Shown in pieces: positions 12,705 through 25,546 of a stretch of DNA of 64,000 bases. The DNA is from Felis catus. Taxonomy: Eukaryota. How positions within the stretch are numbered: position 1 is the first letter of the stretch; each line of letters starts with the position of its first letter. The stretch spans positions 23,438,001-23,502,000 of the forward strand of contig NC_058383.1 of the NCBI RefSeq assembly GCF_018350175.1. Direction: 5' to 3'. The notes beneath the pieces were generated by a model that had not been told where the DNA came from, ran no database searches, and saw nothing but the letters and a program-made list of their open reading frames with translations. The translations under genes and the position numbers were made by a program.

Positions 12705-13425
12705 GGGGTGCCCGGGTGACTCAGTCAGTTAAGCATCCGACTTCAGCTCAAGTCATGATCTCATGGTTCATGGGTTCAAGCCCTGCATCGGGCTCTGTGC
12801 TGACAGCTCAGAGCCTGAAGCCTGCTTCAGATCCTGTCTCCGTCTCTCTCTGCTCCTCCCCCACTCATGCTGTCTCTCTCTGCCTCTCAAAAATGAATAA
12901 ACATTAAACATTTAAAAAAAAACATACAGGGGCGCCTGGGTGGCTCAGTCGGTTGAGCCTCCGACTTCGGCTCAGGTGATGATCTCATGGTTCGTGAGTT
13001 CGAGCCCCGCGTCGGGCTCTGTGCTGGCAGCTCAGAGCCTGGAGCCTGCTTCCGATTCTGTGTCTCCCTCTCTCTCTCTGACCCTCCCCTGTTAATGCTC
13101 TGTCTGTCTCTGTCTCAAAGATAAACATTAAAAAAAAAATTAAAAAAAAAACAACAACATACAAATATGGGGTTCTTGTGTGGCTCAGTTGGTTAAGCGC
13201 CTGACTTAGGCTCAGGTTATGATCTCGCAGTCCATGAGTTCAAGCCCCACATTGGGCTCTGTGCTGACAGCTCAGAGCCTGGAGCCTGCTTCAAATTCTG
13301 TGTCTGTCTCTCTGTTTCTCTGTCTCTCTCTGCCCCTCTTCTGCTCTTGTTTTGTCTGTCTCTCTCTCTGTCTCCCTCTATCTCTCTCTCATACACACAA
13401 ATAAATAAACATTAAAATTTTTTTA
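12705..13425 (+). mobile_element. Three tandem CanSINEs (12705, 12929, 13169)
   Basis: Three heads, each separated by a copy of the target motif ACATACAAATAGAT. Confidence 0.93.
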
Positions 13426-15264
13426 AGAATACAAATAGATACCTTCAATATCCAGTGGTTAAATACCCAGTGGTGTTTCAGCACGCACTGTATAGCACCT
13501 CAGACAGATCCCTGGCTGCCCTCCCCACAAGTCATTCTACTTACCGTGCACCATACCTTCTATACTGCCCCTTACTACTCCCACCATCCTCCTCAAACAC
13601 TACTTTCCACTTGTCAATTCATCTGCTCCTCTTACTTACAGCTTAGAACCCAAACAACATAACCTTGAATTAAAGTCTTCCACCATCTGACTCCTGGTGT
13701 GAGATGCTGGGAGACAAGCCTAAGGAAAAGTAGGGTCTGGAGACCACTGAGGATCTTCCCAGCATCTGACCAGGTGTAGGAGACAGAACACTAAACCAGG
13801 GAAAGCATGAAGGAAGAGAGAGAGGTACGAGAGATCTGACCGAGAAATTAACAACTCACGACGGATCCTTCCAAAGCTAAAGTACACTTAGGAGGTCAAG
13901 ACCAGGGTTGAGCCCTGCAGGACATGGAGCGAGAGACTGGAAAAACAACCAGGAAGATAACGGGAGGAAGAGTAGCTGGAGGACAGGACTTGTAATGGAG
14001 CTTGCAGCAACACCAAACAACAACGTATGCTTAAAATGCTGTGCGAGTGGAAGGATGCAGCTTGGTAGTGCATAAAAACACTTCAGTAATGGTATTGATT
14101 TAGGTCCACAACTTCTAATTAGGAGATAAAAGGAAAAGCAAGAGCATAAGGTAATTCTTTCGTGTGCCCACATCACATAATGTTCACAATACACTCTGCT
14201 TTGGGAGGGGAGAAAAGGAAAACCTGTGGTTCAGAATGCATAGTAAGATCTTGTTTGTGTTTGCACACAAAATTTAAAGTCTGGCAGGATACACCCTAAA
14301 CTGTTAGCAACAGTCCTCTCTGAGGGGTGGGATCATGATGAGATTCCATTTTCTCTGTAATGTTTTGGTTTTTATAATTCTATACCAGGTCAGTATTTGG
14401 CCAGTAGGCACAAGTGCAGTGGTGTGGATTGCTAAAATGAAATACTTCTGATTGGTTGGAAAAAGCCACTCTCACAATCCCCCCACCCCCGCAAAGAACC
14501 TTCCACAATCTACCTGTGATCCAGCAGGTGAAGGGTTAACACCAAGTAGGGCTGGTTTGAGACTTTGTTTCTTATTTGCACTTCACCCAGATGGAGAGTC
14601 CCAGCCAGGAGTCTCTGCTTGATGCCTGTCACAGCCCAAATGTGGTTGTTCCTTCCTGAAGACCTGTGTCAGCTCCCTCTCCCCCATTCACTTTATACTT
14701 GGCCTCTGTTCCTTAATATTTATTATTATTATGTTCTGTCACCCTGACTGCTTTGTAAGCACTTTGAAGACATATAATTTGGCAGATTTTTTTGTCCTCG
14801 CTCTACCTAGCCTGCTGCCTGGTTTGTGGAGACTTTCAAGGATATTTATTGTTATTGATACTGAAACGTGTTATTTGCAAAGTGCTCCTCTTCCCTGGTT
14901 ACTGCCAGAACTGTCCCCACAGGGTTAGCACGGTGGAGGATACAAATCCTGTCATCGGTGGCTTAAACAGGACCAGGGTGGGAAATACTCCCCCATCCGA
15001 AGGAGCAGAAATCATTTGTCTGTCTGCCTGCCTGTCCCAATGGGCATTGCTTTTACAGTCCTCTCTTATCTTTAATATCCTTTTCTACTCATCCCATTAT
15101 CTGGTAACAAACATCACTCTCTTCTCTCTGCAAACAGTGGTTACAGGACAAAAGTTCCTTACCTATCCTGTATGTTCCACGCTGGACATTAGGAGTCATT
15201 GCTTTTATCAGCATCCCTGTGTTAGGAGGTCAAAGTGCCTTAAGCCAGATGAAGATTTTCAGCA

Positions 15265-15700
15265 CCTGGCTGATCAGCCAGTGTATGGTTAATGAGGGCA
15301 ATCCATGCAGTTATAATAGGCAAATCGCAAATTCAGTGGTTTAGCATAATGAGAGCTTATTTCTCACTCACATCGAGGCCCAGTGGGAGTGTTTGTGGTC
15401 AGCAGGCAACTTCATTCCATGCAGTGACTCAGGGGCCTGGGTTCTTTCCATCTCATAATTCTACTTTCCCCGAGGGCTTTGACATTACCTGCACTCAGCA
15501 AAGAAAGAAAAAGAATGGAAAAGGTACCCACTTCTGAAAAGACCCTGACCCAGAAGTGACATATGTCACTTCTGCTCATGTTCCCTTTAAGGGCTAATCC
15601 AGTGACCACATGTTGATGCAAGGGGGGCTGGGTTGTGTGGTCCCTGGTCCCAGAAGCAACTCCGGGGATAATGAGATATTGGTGGATAGACAGCCATCTG
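15265..15700 (-). mobile_element. MLT1-like MaLR LTR
   Basis: cagtggtttagcataat..cttatttctcactcacat; cagaagtgacatatgtcacttctgctcatgttcc. Confidence 0.65.
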
Positions 15701-16524
15701 CCATAGCAAATGAATTTCAAAGGTTTAGAAGATCATCCAGTGAGGCTCTTAAGGAAAACCATCTCCAAATGGAGGCAAAAGAAGCATTTTCAGGCTTATT
15801 CTAAGTCTCTTAAGAACACTCCTGTTACTTGCCACAGGATGGGAATTTTCATGGTAATGGGGGAAGGGTCTGAACTGGGAAGGGATTATGCAAGGTGATA
15901 CCCATATAAACCTTCAAGCTAGGCTTGTAGCATTATATGATCTGCTTCCGTAAAGCATGTGGGCATCAGGAAGTCAAAAAACATCCTGCAATTCTTTGAA
16001 CCAAACTGGTCTCCGTTCAGGGTTACCACTGCCCGCCAGAGCACCCCCAGACTGCCGTCACCCATACTTCTAGTCCTTGAGACAAGAATCAAGCCCGCAA
16101 GGGAAACCTGAAGTAAACTCACAGAACACGTGTCTAATATCAAAGCTATTTCTTTCAAAAATATAAGCAACTGCTACTGGTCCATAATGAACATTTTTAT
16201 TTCTAAAGTATTTTCTTTCATAGGAAAGAAATGTAATTCATTCTTTTCCCCAAAATAATAAAGAAAATTGCTACTGGGAACAGTTTGGCATTTGAAACCT
16301 AGTGGGAGATTTCTCCAGCAGATGGTTTTGTGGCAAAAAGCTTTTAAGAATTTCTGACTGCTAGCAAAAAATATATAAGAGAGAGAAAAGGAGAGAAGGA
16401 GGGAGGGAGGGAGGGAAGGAGAGAGAGAGGGAGAGACTGATTTGATGTGATCAAGAAAAGATGTACCCAAAGAAAGCAATCCTTATTCAAGTTCTGATGA
16501 CTCAAATGATCCATAGACTAGATT

Positions 16525-16665
16525 GTAGATTCCAAAAGCTGGCTGTGCATCAGAATAGCATGGAAAGCTTGTTCAAAATAACCATGGAATCGGAATATCT
16601 GTGGGTGGTGACCAGACATGCATATTTTTTTAAGCTCCATAGATGATTCTGTTGAAAACCGGTGG
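16525..16665. mobile_element. MER5-like hAT MITE fragment
   Basis: ctggctgtgcatcagaat...gaatcggaatatctg...gcatattttttaagctcc..gatgattctg. Confidence 0.55.
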
Positions 16666-17412
16666 CCCAGTCATTTGTTAAAATTCTGAGGATGGTGATG
16701 CAAACTGGTAGGCAATATTATTAGCTTAGCAAAGATCCTGCCCTCTTGGCCACTTGGCTGTCATTTGCTACATGCACACATCCACCTGCAGCAGGCTTTC
16801 ATCAGGTCCCTCATCTTATCACACAAAGCACTTGGATGATGTTCTTAAAAACCCCATGGGCCAAGATACCAAAGCATTTAATTATCTCATTTGGAAGCAA
16901 GGGGGACAGATTTCACAGCCAATCCACCCAGCACTATCTGCAGAGAATCAGAGCTATGTCACAGCCAATGGCTCTACCCAATACCATTGGCCACAGCCTC
17001 TGGGAAGGCTTTGGGGGGGGGAGGGCGGGGGAATCCTAGGAGGCTTGGGCGGATCAGCTTTCACTTGCAACACAGCTGCCTGCTAGCTGAAGGCCTGGGA
17101 CAAGTCCCTCCGACCCAGTTTGCTTATTTGTAAAATAGTAACTGAAAATTCTGACCCCATAGTGCTGTGAGCTGCAGATGGATAAAAGGTGAGAAAAGCA
17201 CCTGGAACCTGGAGAAGAACGTGGGATAGAAAAGGAACTTGATCAGTGGTACTTCCCTTACATTTATTTTAACCTCCTTCTCCCTGGAAAAAGGAGAACC
17301 AATTGTCAAAGGCTGACAGAAGACATTCATATTTTCCCAGTACTCCATGAGTTGTCTACCGAAGGGTTATCCACGATAGAATTTGGAGAGAGGTGTCGAT
17401 CTGTTATTCTTT

Positions 17413-17643
17413 GTGGGTTTTTTGTTGTTTTTTTTTGTTTTGTTTTGTTTTTATTTTGAGACAGAGAGAGACAGAGCATGAACGGGGGAGGGGCAGAAAG
17501 AGAGGGAGACACAGAACCGGAAGCAGGCTCCAGGCTCTGAGCCATCAGCCCAGAGCCCAACACGGGGCTCAAACTCATGGAACGTGAGATCGTGACCTGA
17601 GCTGAAGTCGGACGCCTAACCGACTGAGCCACCCAGGCGCCCC
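17413..17643 (-). mobile_element. CanSINE with 14-bp TSD
   Basis: ATCTGTTATTCTTT on both sides. Confidence 0.95.
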
Positions 17644-18184
17644 AATCTGTTATTCTTTATGAAAGGTGGCTACCACTGAATAGACTCTTACTTCTAGTCC
17701 CTGGTGTCACCTCAACCAGAAAGCATCTCTTGGTACCTGAGGCCATGGTCAGAAATGCCAGGTATGGTTTTTGCAGCTGTAACTTGCATACGGGCATGAT
17801 CTCTATGAGTCCCACATGATCAAATACTAAATTATATGGGATTCAAATGAATCATATAGGCAGTTATAAAACACCAGACTCTAAATATTATTTACCCAGC
17901 ATCAAGCAGATGTTTGTTTCCAAGCTACAATCCCCTCTAATTGGCTGACATTGTGCTGCATAAACACCAGTGCAAGCTTATGTTCTCTAATGAATGACAA
18001 ACGCCTAGAAGAATCCTTTGTGAATTGGCAGCCTCCCCCTTCAGCATGCAAATTACGTGGAAATTCCATCGGCACATGCAGATAAGCTGATCTGCATGAT
18101 TGGCAGACTAGTGGATAAACACACCCATGGATTCATTGTCCAAATTCAGTTTGGTTGATTCATCTCTGTTTGTAGCAATCATTT

Positions 18185-18600
18185 GTTAATTCATTCATCC
18201 AGCCAACATTTATTGAACAGCCATTCCACAATAGGCACTGTCCTGGGCTTTAGGAATATGTAGATGACTAAAAATATGGTCTCTCACTTCAAGTAGTCCA
18301 CAATGAAAGAAGGGAGACAAGACTGGTAAAGAAATAAAAATCACAATGTGAAAGGTGCAAAAATAGAATGTGGGCAAGCATCTGTGGTCAGAGAAAGGGA
18401 ATAAATCAACTCTACTTATAGGGGTTAGTGACGGCTTCCCAGATTTTCAAGACAAAACTCAGAAGATTTTAGAGTCAGCTAGACAGACAAAGCGTAGAAA
18501 AGGAGGCCCCAATAAAAAGAATAGCTAGGACACATGACAAAATATGTCAGGTTCTGGGAACCAACAACAGTTTGAACTTGCTGGAGCATACAGTGCACGC
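18185..18600 (-). mobile_element. L2 fragment
   Basis: ttcattcatccagccaacatttattgaac...aggcactgtcctggg. Confidence 0.7.
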
Positions 18601-18689
18601 AACTGTCTGCTGTTTCAGCTCCTTAAAAATGCATGCAAACTACACAGCCCCTTCGAAGGGTAACATGGCTGTACCTCTTAAAATTTAAA

Positions 18690-19480
18690 ATGTGTGTGTC
18701 TTGCTTATACAGTAGCAACAGATGGGGGGGGGGGGAAGTGATCCTCTATAATGGAGTAAATAACCTACATCCACATAAAGAGATACTATGCAAACTAAAT
18801 ACTGTGTAAAAAGGCATGGGTATGTGCTCCGTATACTTATATGAGATTTAGTTACGGGAAGATCTCCAGAATATACTGTCAAGTGAGAAAAATCATGAGA
18901 AAAAAAAGTATATAGATAGGATGCTACCTTGTGTGTAAGAGAGAAGACAATATAGGAATACCTATCCCTTATTCATAAAGAAACGCTGGAAGGATATAAA
19001 AGAATACAAGATATATAAGACAAAATAGGAATACCTATTCTTATCTATTCATAAAGAAACTCTGGAAGGATATACAAGAAACTAAGATCTATAGGGGTGG
19101 GGAGGGCAAAATAGATTAGAAAACAAGGGGTGAGATTTTGCAATGTATACCTTGTATATCTTTTATTTTCAAATCACATAAATGCATAATCTATTAAAAA
19201 GTATGACCAAATTTTAAAACGTAACTGCCTCGTGGCCTGGCAATTCTAGTCTTGGTATCAATCACAATCACTCACTCACCCATGCACATAAAGGATATTT
19301 ATTGTGGTACTGTTTTGGTGGGTGAAAAAAAGAAGAAGAAACTGGAAACAGCAAAACGTCCATTGAGAAAATGATGGAATAAAAAAGTATGTTCATACTT
19401 TTGAATACCATGCCGCAGTTAAACCTGTGAAGTAGATCTGTCTACTAACATGGACAAATCCAAGACTCCCAGAAGGATAC
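18690..19480 (+). mobile_element. Old L1 3' UTR fragments containing a ~73-bp tandem duplication (18946-19092)
   Basis: gatctccagaatatactgtcaagtgagaaaa L1 motif; gacaa.ataggaatacctat...attcataaagaaac.ctggaaggatata occurs twice. Confidence 0.65.
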
Positions 19481-19487
19481 CATTACT

Positions 19488-19490
<3 letters not shown>

Positions 19491-19540
<50 letters not shown>
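19491..19540. repeat. (CA)n microsatellite
   Basis: Direct read. Confidence 0.99.
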
Positions 19541-19544
<4 letters not shown>

Positions 19545-19627
19545 GCATACCCCAAGTAATGCTGTGCCATCTAAACTGAAATAATCCACACCAAACTGGT
19601 AACATTGCTTACATCTGGAAATGGTCT

Positions 19628-19845
19628 ACAGCAGTAGTCAGTGATCTTTTATAAAGAGCCAGATGGTTAATATTTTAGGTTTTTCAGGCCTTATAAGGTC
19701 TCTGCTGTAGATAATCACAGATATGTCAAATGCAACCACAGACAATCTATACATGAATAAGCTGTGTTCTGATAAAACTTTATTTCAAAACCAGAGAGAG
19801 AGCCAGATTGGGACGGTGGGCCACAGATTGCCAATTGCCGGGTTA
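19628..19845 (+). mobile_element. MER58A-like hAT MITE
   Basis: taaagagccagatggttaatattttagg...tgtgttctgataaaactttattt...gggccacag.ttgcca. Confidence 0.75.
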
Positions 19846-19959
19846 AAGAACCAAGGTAAGAGATGTTGGTTAAAAACTCTTTAATGATTTTTTTTTTTTT
19901 TTACAAGGAGATTCAAAGTAACTCTTACTTATCTAACTAAAGTTAATTAAAACAACATG

Positions 19960-20350
19960 GGTACATTAGTCTGCTGGGCCTCCATAACAAAATACCATAG
20001 ACTAGGTGGCTTAAACAACAAACATGTATTTTCTAATTGTTCTGGAGGTTAGAAGTCCAAGATCAAGGTTCCAGGGTTGGTTTTGGTGAGGACTTTCTTC
20101 TGGCTTGAAGATGCTGCTCTGTTGCTGTATCTTCACATGCTTTTCCTCTGTGCTCATGGAAGGAAAAAGACAGCACTCTGTTGTCTCTTCCTTTTTTTTA
20201 TAAGGATATCAGTCCTATCAGATCAGGGATCCATCCTTATGATGTCATTTCACCCTACCTCCCTCCCTCAAGGCCCTACTTCCACATACAGTCACTTTGG
20301 GGGTTAAGCCTTCAACATACGAATTTTAAGGAAATGCAATTCAGTGTGTA
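19960..20350 (-). mobile_element. MLT1A/B-like MaLR LTR
   Basis: ccataacaaaataccatagactaggtggcttaaacaac...ttctggagg.tagaagtccaagatcaagg. Confidence 0.85.
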
Positions 20351-20461
20351 AGAGAGGGTCAAGATTTGTCCCCTATAATAACAATGCACATAAGCTCCTC
20401 TGCCCAGAATCCAAATCAGTCAAGATCATGATTGCTCTTGATAAAAGAAGGCCCAGCCAGA

Positions 20462-20632
20462 GGGCACCTGGGTGGCTCAGTCAACTCAGGTCATGATCCC
20501 AGGTTCGTGAGATCGAGTCCCACATCACACTCTACACTGAGCATAGAGCCTGTTTAAGATTCTCTCTCTCCCTCTGTCCCTCTCCCCTACTCGCACACTC
20601 TATCTCTTAAAAAAAAAAAAAAAAAAAAAAAA
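20462..20632 (+). mobile_element. CanSINE
   Basis: SINE head, pure A tail, TSD AAGGCCCAGCCAG. Confidence 0.9.
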
Positions 20633-20738
20633 GGCCCAGCCAGGGATTATATCTTCCTTCTCTAACACTCTCTCCTCCCTCTCTCTGAGCCAGTGTTGCT
20701 GTCCTGTCTGGGTAGGAAGTCTTTACCAACCTCCCTCC

Positions 20739-20776
<38 letters not shown>

Positions 20777-20899
20777 TCCTCCTCACCTATCAGAGGTGCT
20801 AGAAAGGCATGTGTTGAGAAAACCATGGCAATAGATCTATACCCCCTTTGGGATTTGTATCTTTGTATATCTCTATCTTTCCCTATTTATCTGTCTATA

Positions 20900-21275
<376 letters not shown>

Positions 21276-21386
21276 TGACTAGAAACAACTCAAATGTCCA
21301 CTGTTAGAAGACTGGCAAAATAAATTATGGGACAGCCACCAGACAATGGGACACTGTGCAATTGTGAATTTAAAAAAGAAATAAAA

Positions 21387-21808
21387 GGGGTGCCTGGGTG
21401 GCTTAGTCAGTTAAGTGTCTGACTTCAGGTCAGGTCATGATCTCATGGCTCGTGAGTTCGAGCCCCGCATCGGGCTCTGTGCTGACAGCTCAGAGCCTGG
21501 AGCCTGTTTCAGATTCTGTCTCAGTCTCTCTCTGCCCTTCCCCTGCTCACACACTCTCACTCTCTCTCAAATGTAAGTAAACATTTCCAAAAAAATTTTT
21601 TTTTAATTTTTTAACATTTATTCACCTTTGAGAGACAGAGAGTGAGCAGGGGAAGGACAGAGACAGAGGGAGAGACAGAATCTAAAGCAGGCTCCAGGCT
21701 CTGAGCCGTCAGCACAGAGTCCGATGCAGGGCTTGAACCCAAGAACCATGAGATCATGAACCTGAGCCGAAGTCGGACACTTAACCGACTGAGCCACCCA
21801 GGTGCCCC
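21387..21808. mobile_element. Tail-to-tail inverted CanSINE pair (+ 21387-21595, - 21597-21808)
   Basis: Two full SINE bodies in opposite orientation, joined at an A/T tract. Confidence 0.93.
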
Positions 21809-23094
21809 TCAAAAAAAATTTTTTTTAAATAAAAAGAAAAAAAAATGAACTTCTCTAAATACTGTCATGGAAAGATCAAAAGTGAAAAAAGCAAAGTGCA
21901 GAATATGTGTAGAACATTTGAGGAGAAAACGAGGGAAAATTAGCATTTATATTTGTATTTTCTTCTATATATGTAAAGAGCCTCTGGAAGGAGTCATAAG
22001 AACCCAGCACTGCTCTCCCATAAAGACAGGAACCAGGCACATACAGGACAAAGAAGAGGGGAGGGGGGGCGGTTTGCAGACTCCTCATATTGTCTAGGTT
22101 TTAACTATGAAGATGTAGTTAACTGAGAAGAGCCATGTAAATAACTGAGAAGGGAAAAACAAGTGTTGGGCACCTCCAAAGGGTCAGTCTGGAAGTCATC
22201 AGTACACATCCAGCCGGTAGTGAAAGCCTTGAAGGAAATGAGGCTGTCCAGGCAAATATGGAGAGAAGAAAATAATGTGGAAGTCAGGCCCTGGGGAGCA
22301 CTGACATCTCAGGCAAGGGGGAAGGAGGGGTCTTGAAGGAGCAGACAGAAAGGTAGAGAAGGGGAGAGGCAGGTGGTCTCTGAGGGCGTGTAATGGTCTC
22401 ACGACAATGAGAAATATAAAGTACAGACTTAAGCATTCGGCGGTTGGATCATTTCTGGGATGATATATTTAACCAGATAGTCTGTATTGTGTTTGCACTT
22501 TCTGTAGGAAATAGATCATGCAGTTACATCTCTTCCCTGGAATTTCTTTAGCTGCTGTCAGTGCAACCTGATTTGAGATGTAAATAAACTGCGGAGATAA
22601 TGCCGGGATCTCGGCAGACTCAGTTCTGCCACCCGCCCAGGACGAGGGCGGTGATGGATGGTGTGAGGACCACTGCATAATCTCTTCTGTTTTAATACTC
22701 GATTATCATGTCCCTCATCTTTCCCAGAACCCGACTCAACACATTAAAATCTTTTTGTTCCTTCCACAATGCTTGTATCTCCCTTGCATCTCCAGCCTCC
22801 TTTAATACCGTTCATTATTGAAATGAACACAGAAAACCAATTACCCAGGGTGGCAGCAGGAGCTGGTCATGTGCCCAACTTGGCCGCACTGGGAGCCTGA
22901 TTCCCTGTTGAGGTAAACAAAATCCCCATGCACAGCCGAGCGCCTCACCTGTCCTCAGGCTCCTGGGAGCCACCCTGATGCAGCCACAGGGCTTTAGACA
23001 TTTGTGTTCAGCTAATTCAGTGCGTGTTTGTTGTCACCAGATGCCACGGGAGGGAGGGCCCGGCGTGCCTGAAGTGCCAAGCCAGGCAGCTCTG

Positions 23095-24100
23095 CAGGCA
23101 AAGCAGTTGTTAACACAGTGGTTAAGAGCACAGACTCTCAGAATACCTGAGTTCGAATCCAGCTGTTCGAATAAAGCTGTTTGATTCTGGACAGATTCTT
23201 TTGTTTTTTTAATGTTTATTTTTGAGAGAGAGAGCATGTGTGCGCACGCACAAGTTGGGGAGGGGCAGAGAAAGAAAGACACAGAATCCCAAGCAGGCTC
23301 CAGGCTCTGAGCTGTCAGCACAGAGGGGCTGGAACTCACAGACCACGAGATCGTAACCTGAGTTGAAGTCGGACGCTTAACCGACTGAGCCACCCTGGCG
23401 GCCTGACTTTGGACAGATTCTTAACTTCCACCCTGGCGGCCTGACTTTGGACAGATTCTTAACTTCACGATGCCTTGCCTTGGATCCTCACTTGTGAAAT
23501 GGAAACAGTAACAGTACCTCCCTGTTGTGGGTCAAATTGTGTCCTCCCTCGAAAGTTGGAAGTCCTAACCCCCAACATCTGTGAATGTGACCTTATTTGG
23601 AAACAGGGTCTTTGCAGATATCATCAAATTAAGATGAGATCCTGGTGGATTAGGGTAGCATCGAAGTGTGATGACCAATGTCCTTGTGAGGAGAGAGATC
23701 TGGAGCCACAGAGACAGACACCCAGGGGAAATGCCATGTGATGGTGGGGGCAGAAATGGGAGTCATGCAGCCCCAAGCCAGGGAGCAGAGGGGGCGGGGG
23801 CCACCAGACGGGGCAGGGGCAGCCACAAGACGCCGGGAGAGTCGGCATCCCCTAGAGGCTGCAGAGGGGGCACATCCTAGCCAACACCTTGATTTCAGAC
23901 TTCCAGCCTCCAGAACGAAGAGAGAGAAAAATTTCTCTTAAGCAACCAAGTTTGTGGCAATTTGTTACAGCAGCCATAGGAAACTAATACACCCCCTCAA
24001 ATGGTTGTTACGAGGATTAATTAACTATACAGACAAGCCATGCAAAGTGCCTAGGAGAGTGTCCAGTATCTAGTGACTCATACAGAAGTGCAGGGTGATT
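23095..24100 (+). mobile_element. MIR interrupted by a - strand CanSINE (23201-23403) and an MLT1C-like LTR (23523-23991)
   Basis: MIR pieces (gtggttaagagc..gagttcgaatcc; cctcacttgtgaaatgg; ggttgttacgaggattaa). The LTR runs tgttgtggg..aattgtgtcc to acagcagccataggaaactaataca. Confidence 0.85.
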
Positions 24101-24339
24101 ATTAACCTACAACCTACAGCTTCTGGTTGGTAAGCAAGTCCTCAGTCCACCTCTGGTGCAGGTGAAGAGACCAGCTTCTCCCATCTACACTGCTTGAGTC
24201 ACCTTTGCAGGGGTATTGTGAGAGGGAGGATATCAAGGGCATTTCCCTAGGTTGACAACTTTTCAGAGACTAGGCCGGTTTCTGCTATACCGAATAGTCC
24301 CGGTGGGATGAACTAATTCTTTAGTCAAGGTAAGTGAGG

Positions 24340-24530
24340 CAAGGGGAGCACTGTGGGGGCTAGGGACATTGATCTTAGAGTCGGACTATCCAGTTCAAAT
24401 CCCGCTCCCTCCCCTTACCAGCTCTGTGACCTTCAGCAATTCATTAACCTCTCTGGACCTCAGTTTCCTTGTCTGTAAAATGGGCAAAAGCTAGCATAAA
24501 GTATATAATAATGTATAGGTGAATAATCTA
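24340..24530 (+). mobile_element. MIR
   Basis: gttcaaatccc...gctctgtgacctt...cctcagtttccttgtctgtaaaatggg core. Confidence 0.8.
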
Positions 24531-24844
24531 GAGAAGGTGGGGAAAAGGGAAGTTTGTTCAGGACCAACAGAGCCACTCTTCCTCCTACACGCACAGGCAC
24601 ACATATGCCTACTGTAATTACCTGCTCTTCTGTTTGTCTCTCTGTGTGGACTAAGCCCCTTCAAGACAGAGGATGTATGTTCTGAGCACCCTGAATGCAC
24701 AGAGTAGTTGCAACAGAGAACACATACTGAACAAAGGGGTAGCTTAAACCAAGTGTCTCAATCCTAAAACATGTACATTCTGCTTTAAGGTTTCTACTAT
24801 GTCCACTTACTCCCTGAATTCTTGTTTTAATAAGTTCCTTGAAA

Positions 24845-25020
24845 TCAAGGCTCAGCAAGCTGCAGGCCAAACCTGACCACACCCATTCATGTACGACTGT
24901 CTACAGCCACTTTCAAGCTTCCACGGCAGAATCGAGTAGTTGCAAAACAGGCCATGTAGCCCACAAAACTGAAAATATTTCCTATTTGGCCCTTTACAGA
25001 AAAAGTTGGTCAATCCCTGC
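24845..25020 (-). mobile_element. MER58A-like hAT MITE
   Basis: aaaatatttcctatttggccctttacagaaaaagttggtcaatccctg terminus. Confidence 0.75.
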
Positions 25021-25494
25021 TCTCAATCAACTCATTTTTTAATTTAAGTGCATTTTTAAATAGGAAACTTCATGCAACTAAGGTAATTGGAAACCAGTAT
25101 TCCTTGCTATACGTGGAAGGCAACATTCCAATCAATATGTAACTACTGAAATAAACCACAGACCAGCTAAAAGTACTTACCACGCCCCAGGAAGCCAGGT
25201 TGCAGTGCACAAAGCAGAAGCCAGGACCGAGGTGGCAGGATGGTGAAAACTTGGTAGCTGGCTACTCTGCAGGAACCAGCGTAGAGAGAAAAAAAAGAAC
25301 GTGTTAGTACTGGATCTTGAAGGATAGCCATGCAATAGCATGGAAGGAGGAAAAACATGCCAGTAAAGGAGTCAAAGAAGAAACACTTGGGGGCAGAAGA
25401 TAAACCACAGGTTTTAAGAGCAGGAACTCAGAGACCACACAGGCAAAGGGTCCACTGAGCGAGGTAGTAAAGGCTCCTCAGAGATGAATGAATA

Positions 25495-25495
25495 A

Positions 25496-25532
<37 letters not shown>

Positions 25533-25546
25533 GATAGATAGATAGA
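25495..25546. repeat. (TAGA)n microsatellite
   Basis: Direct read. Confidence 0.98.

Noticed and set aside
14792..15292. Longest ORF in the window (166 aa)
   Set aside because: Non-ATG start, no recognisable domain; length compatible with chance.
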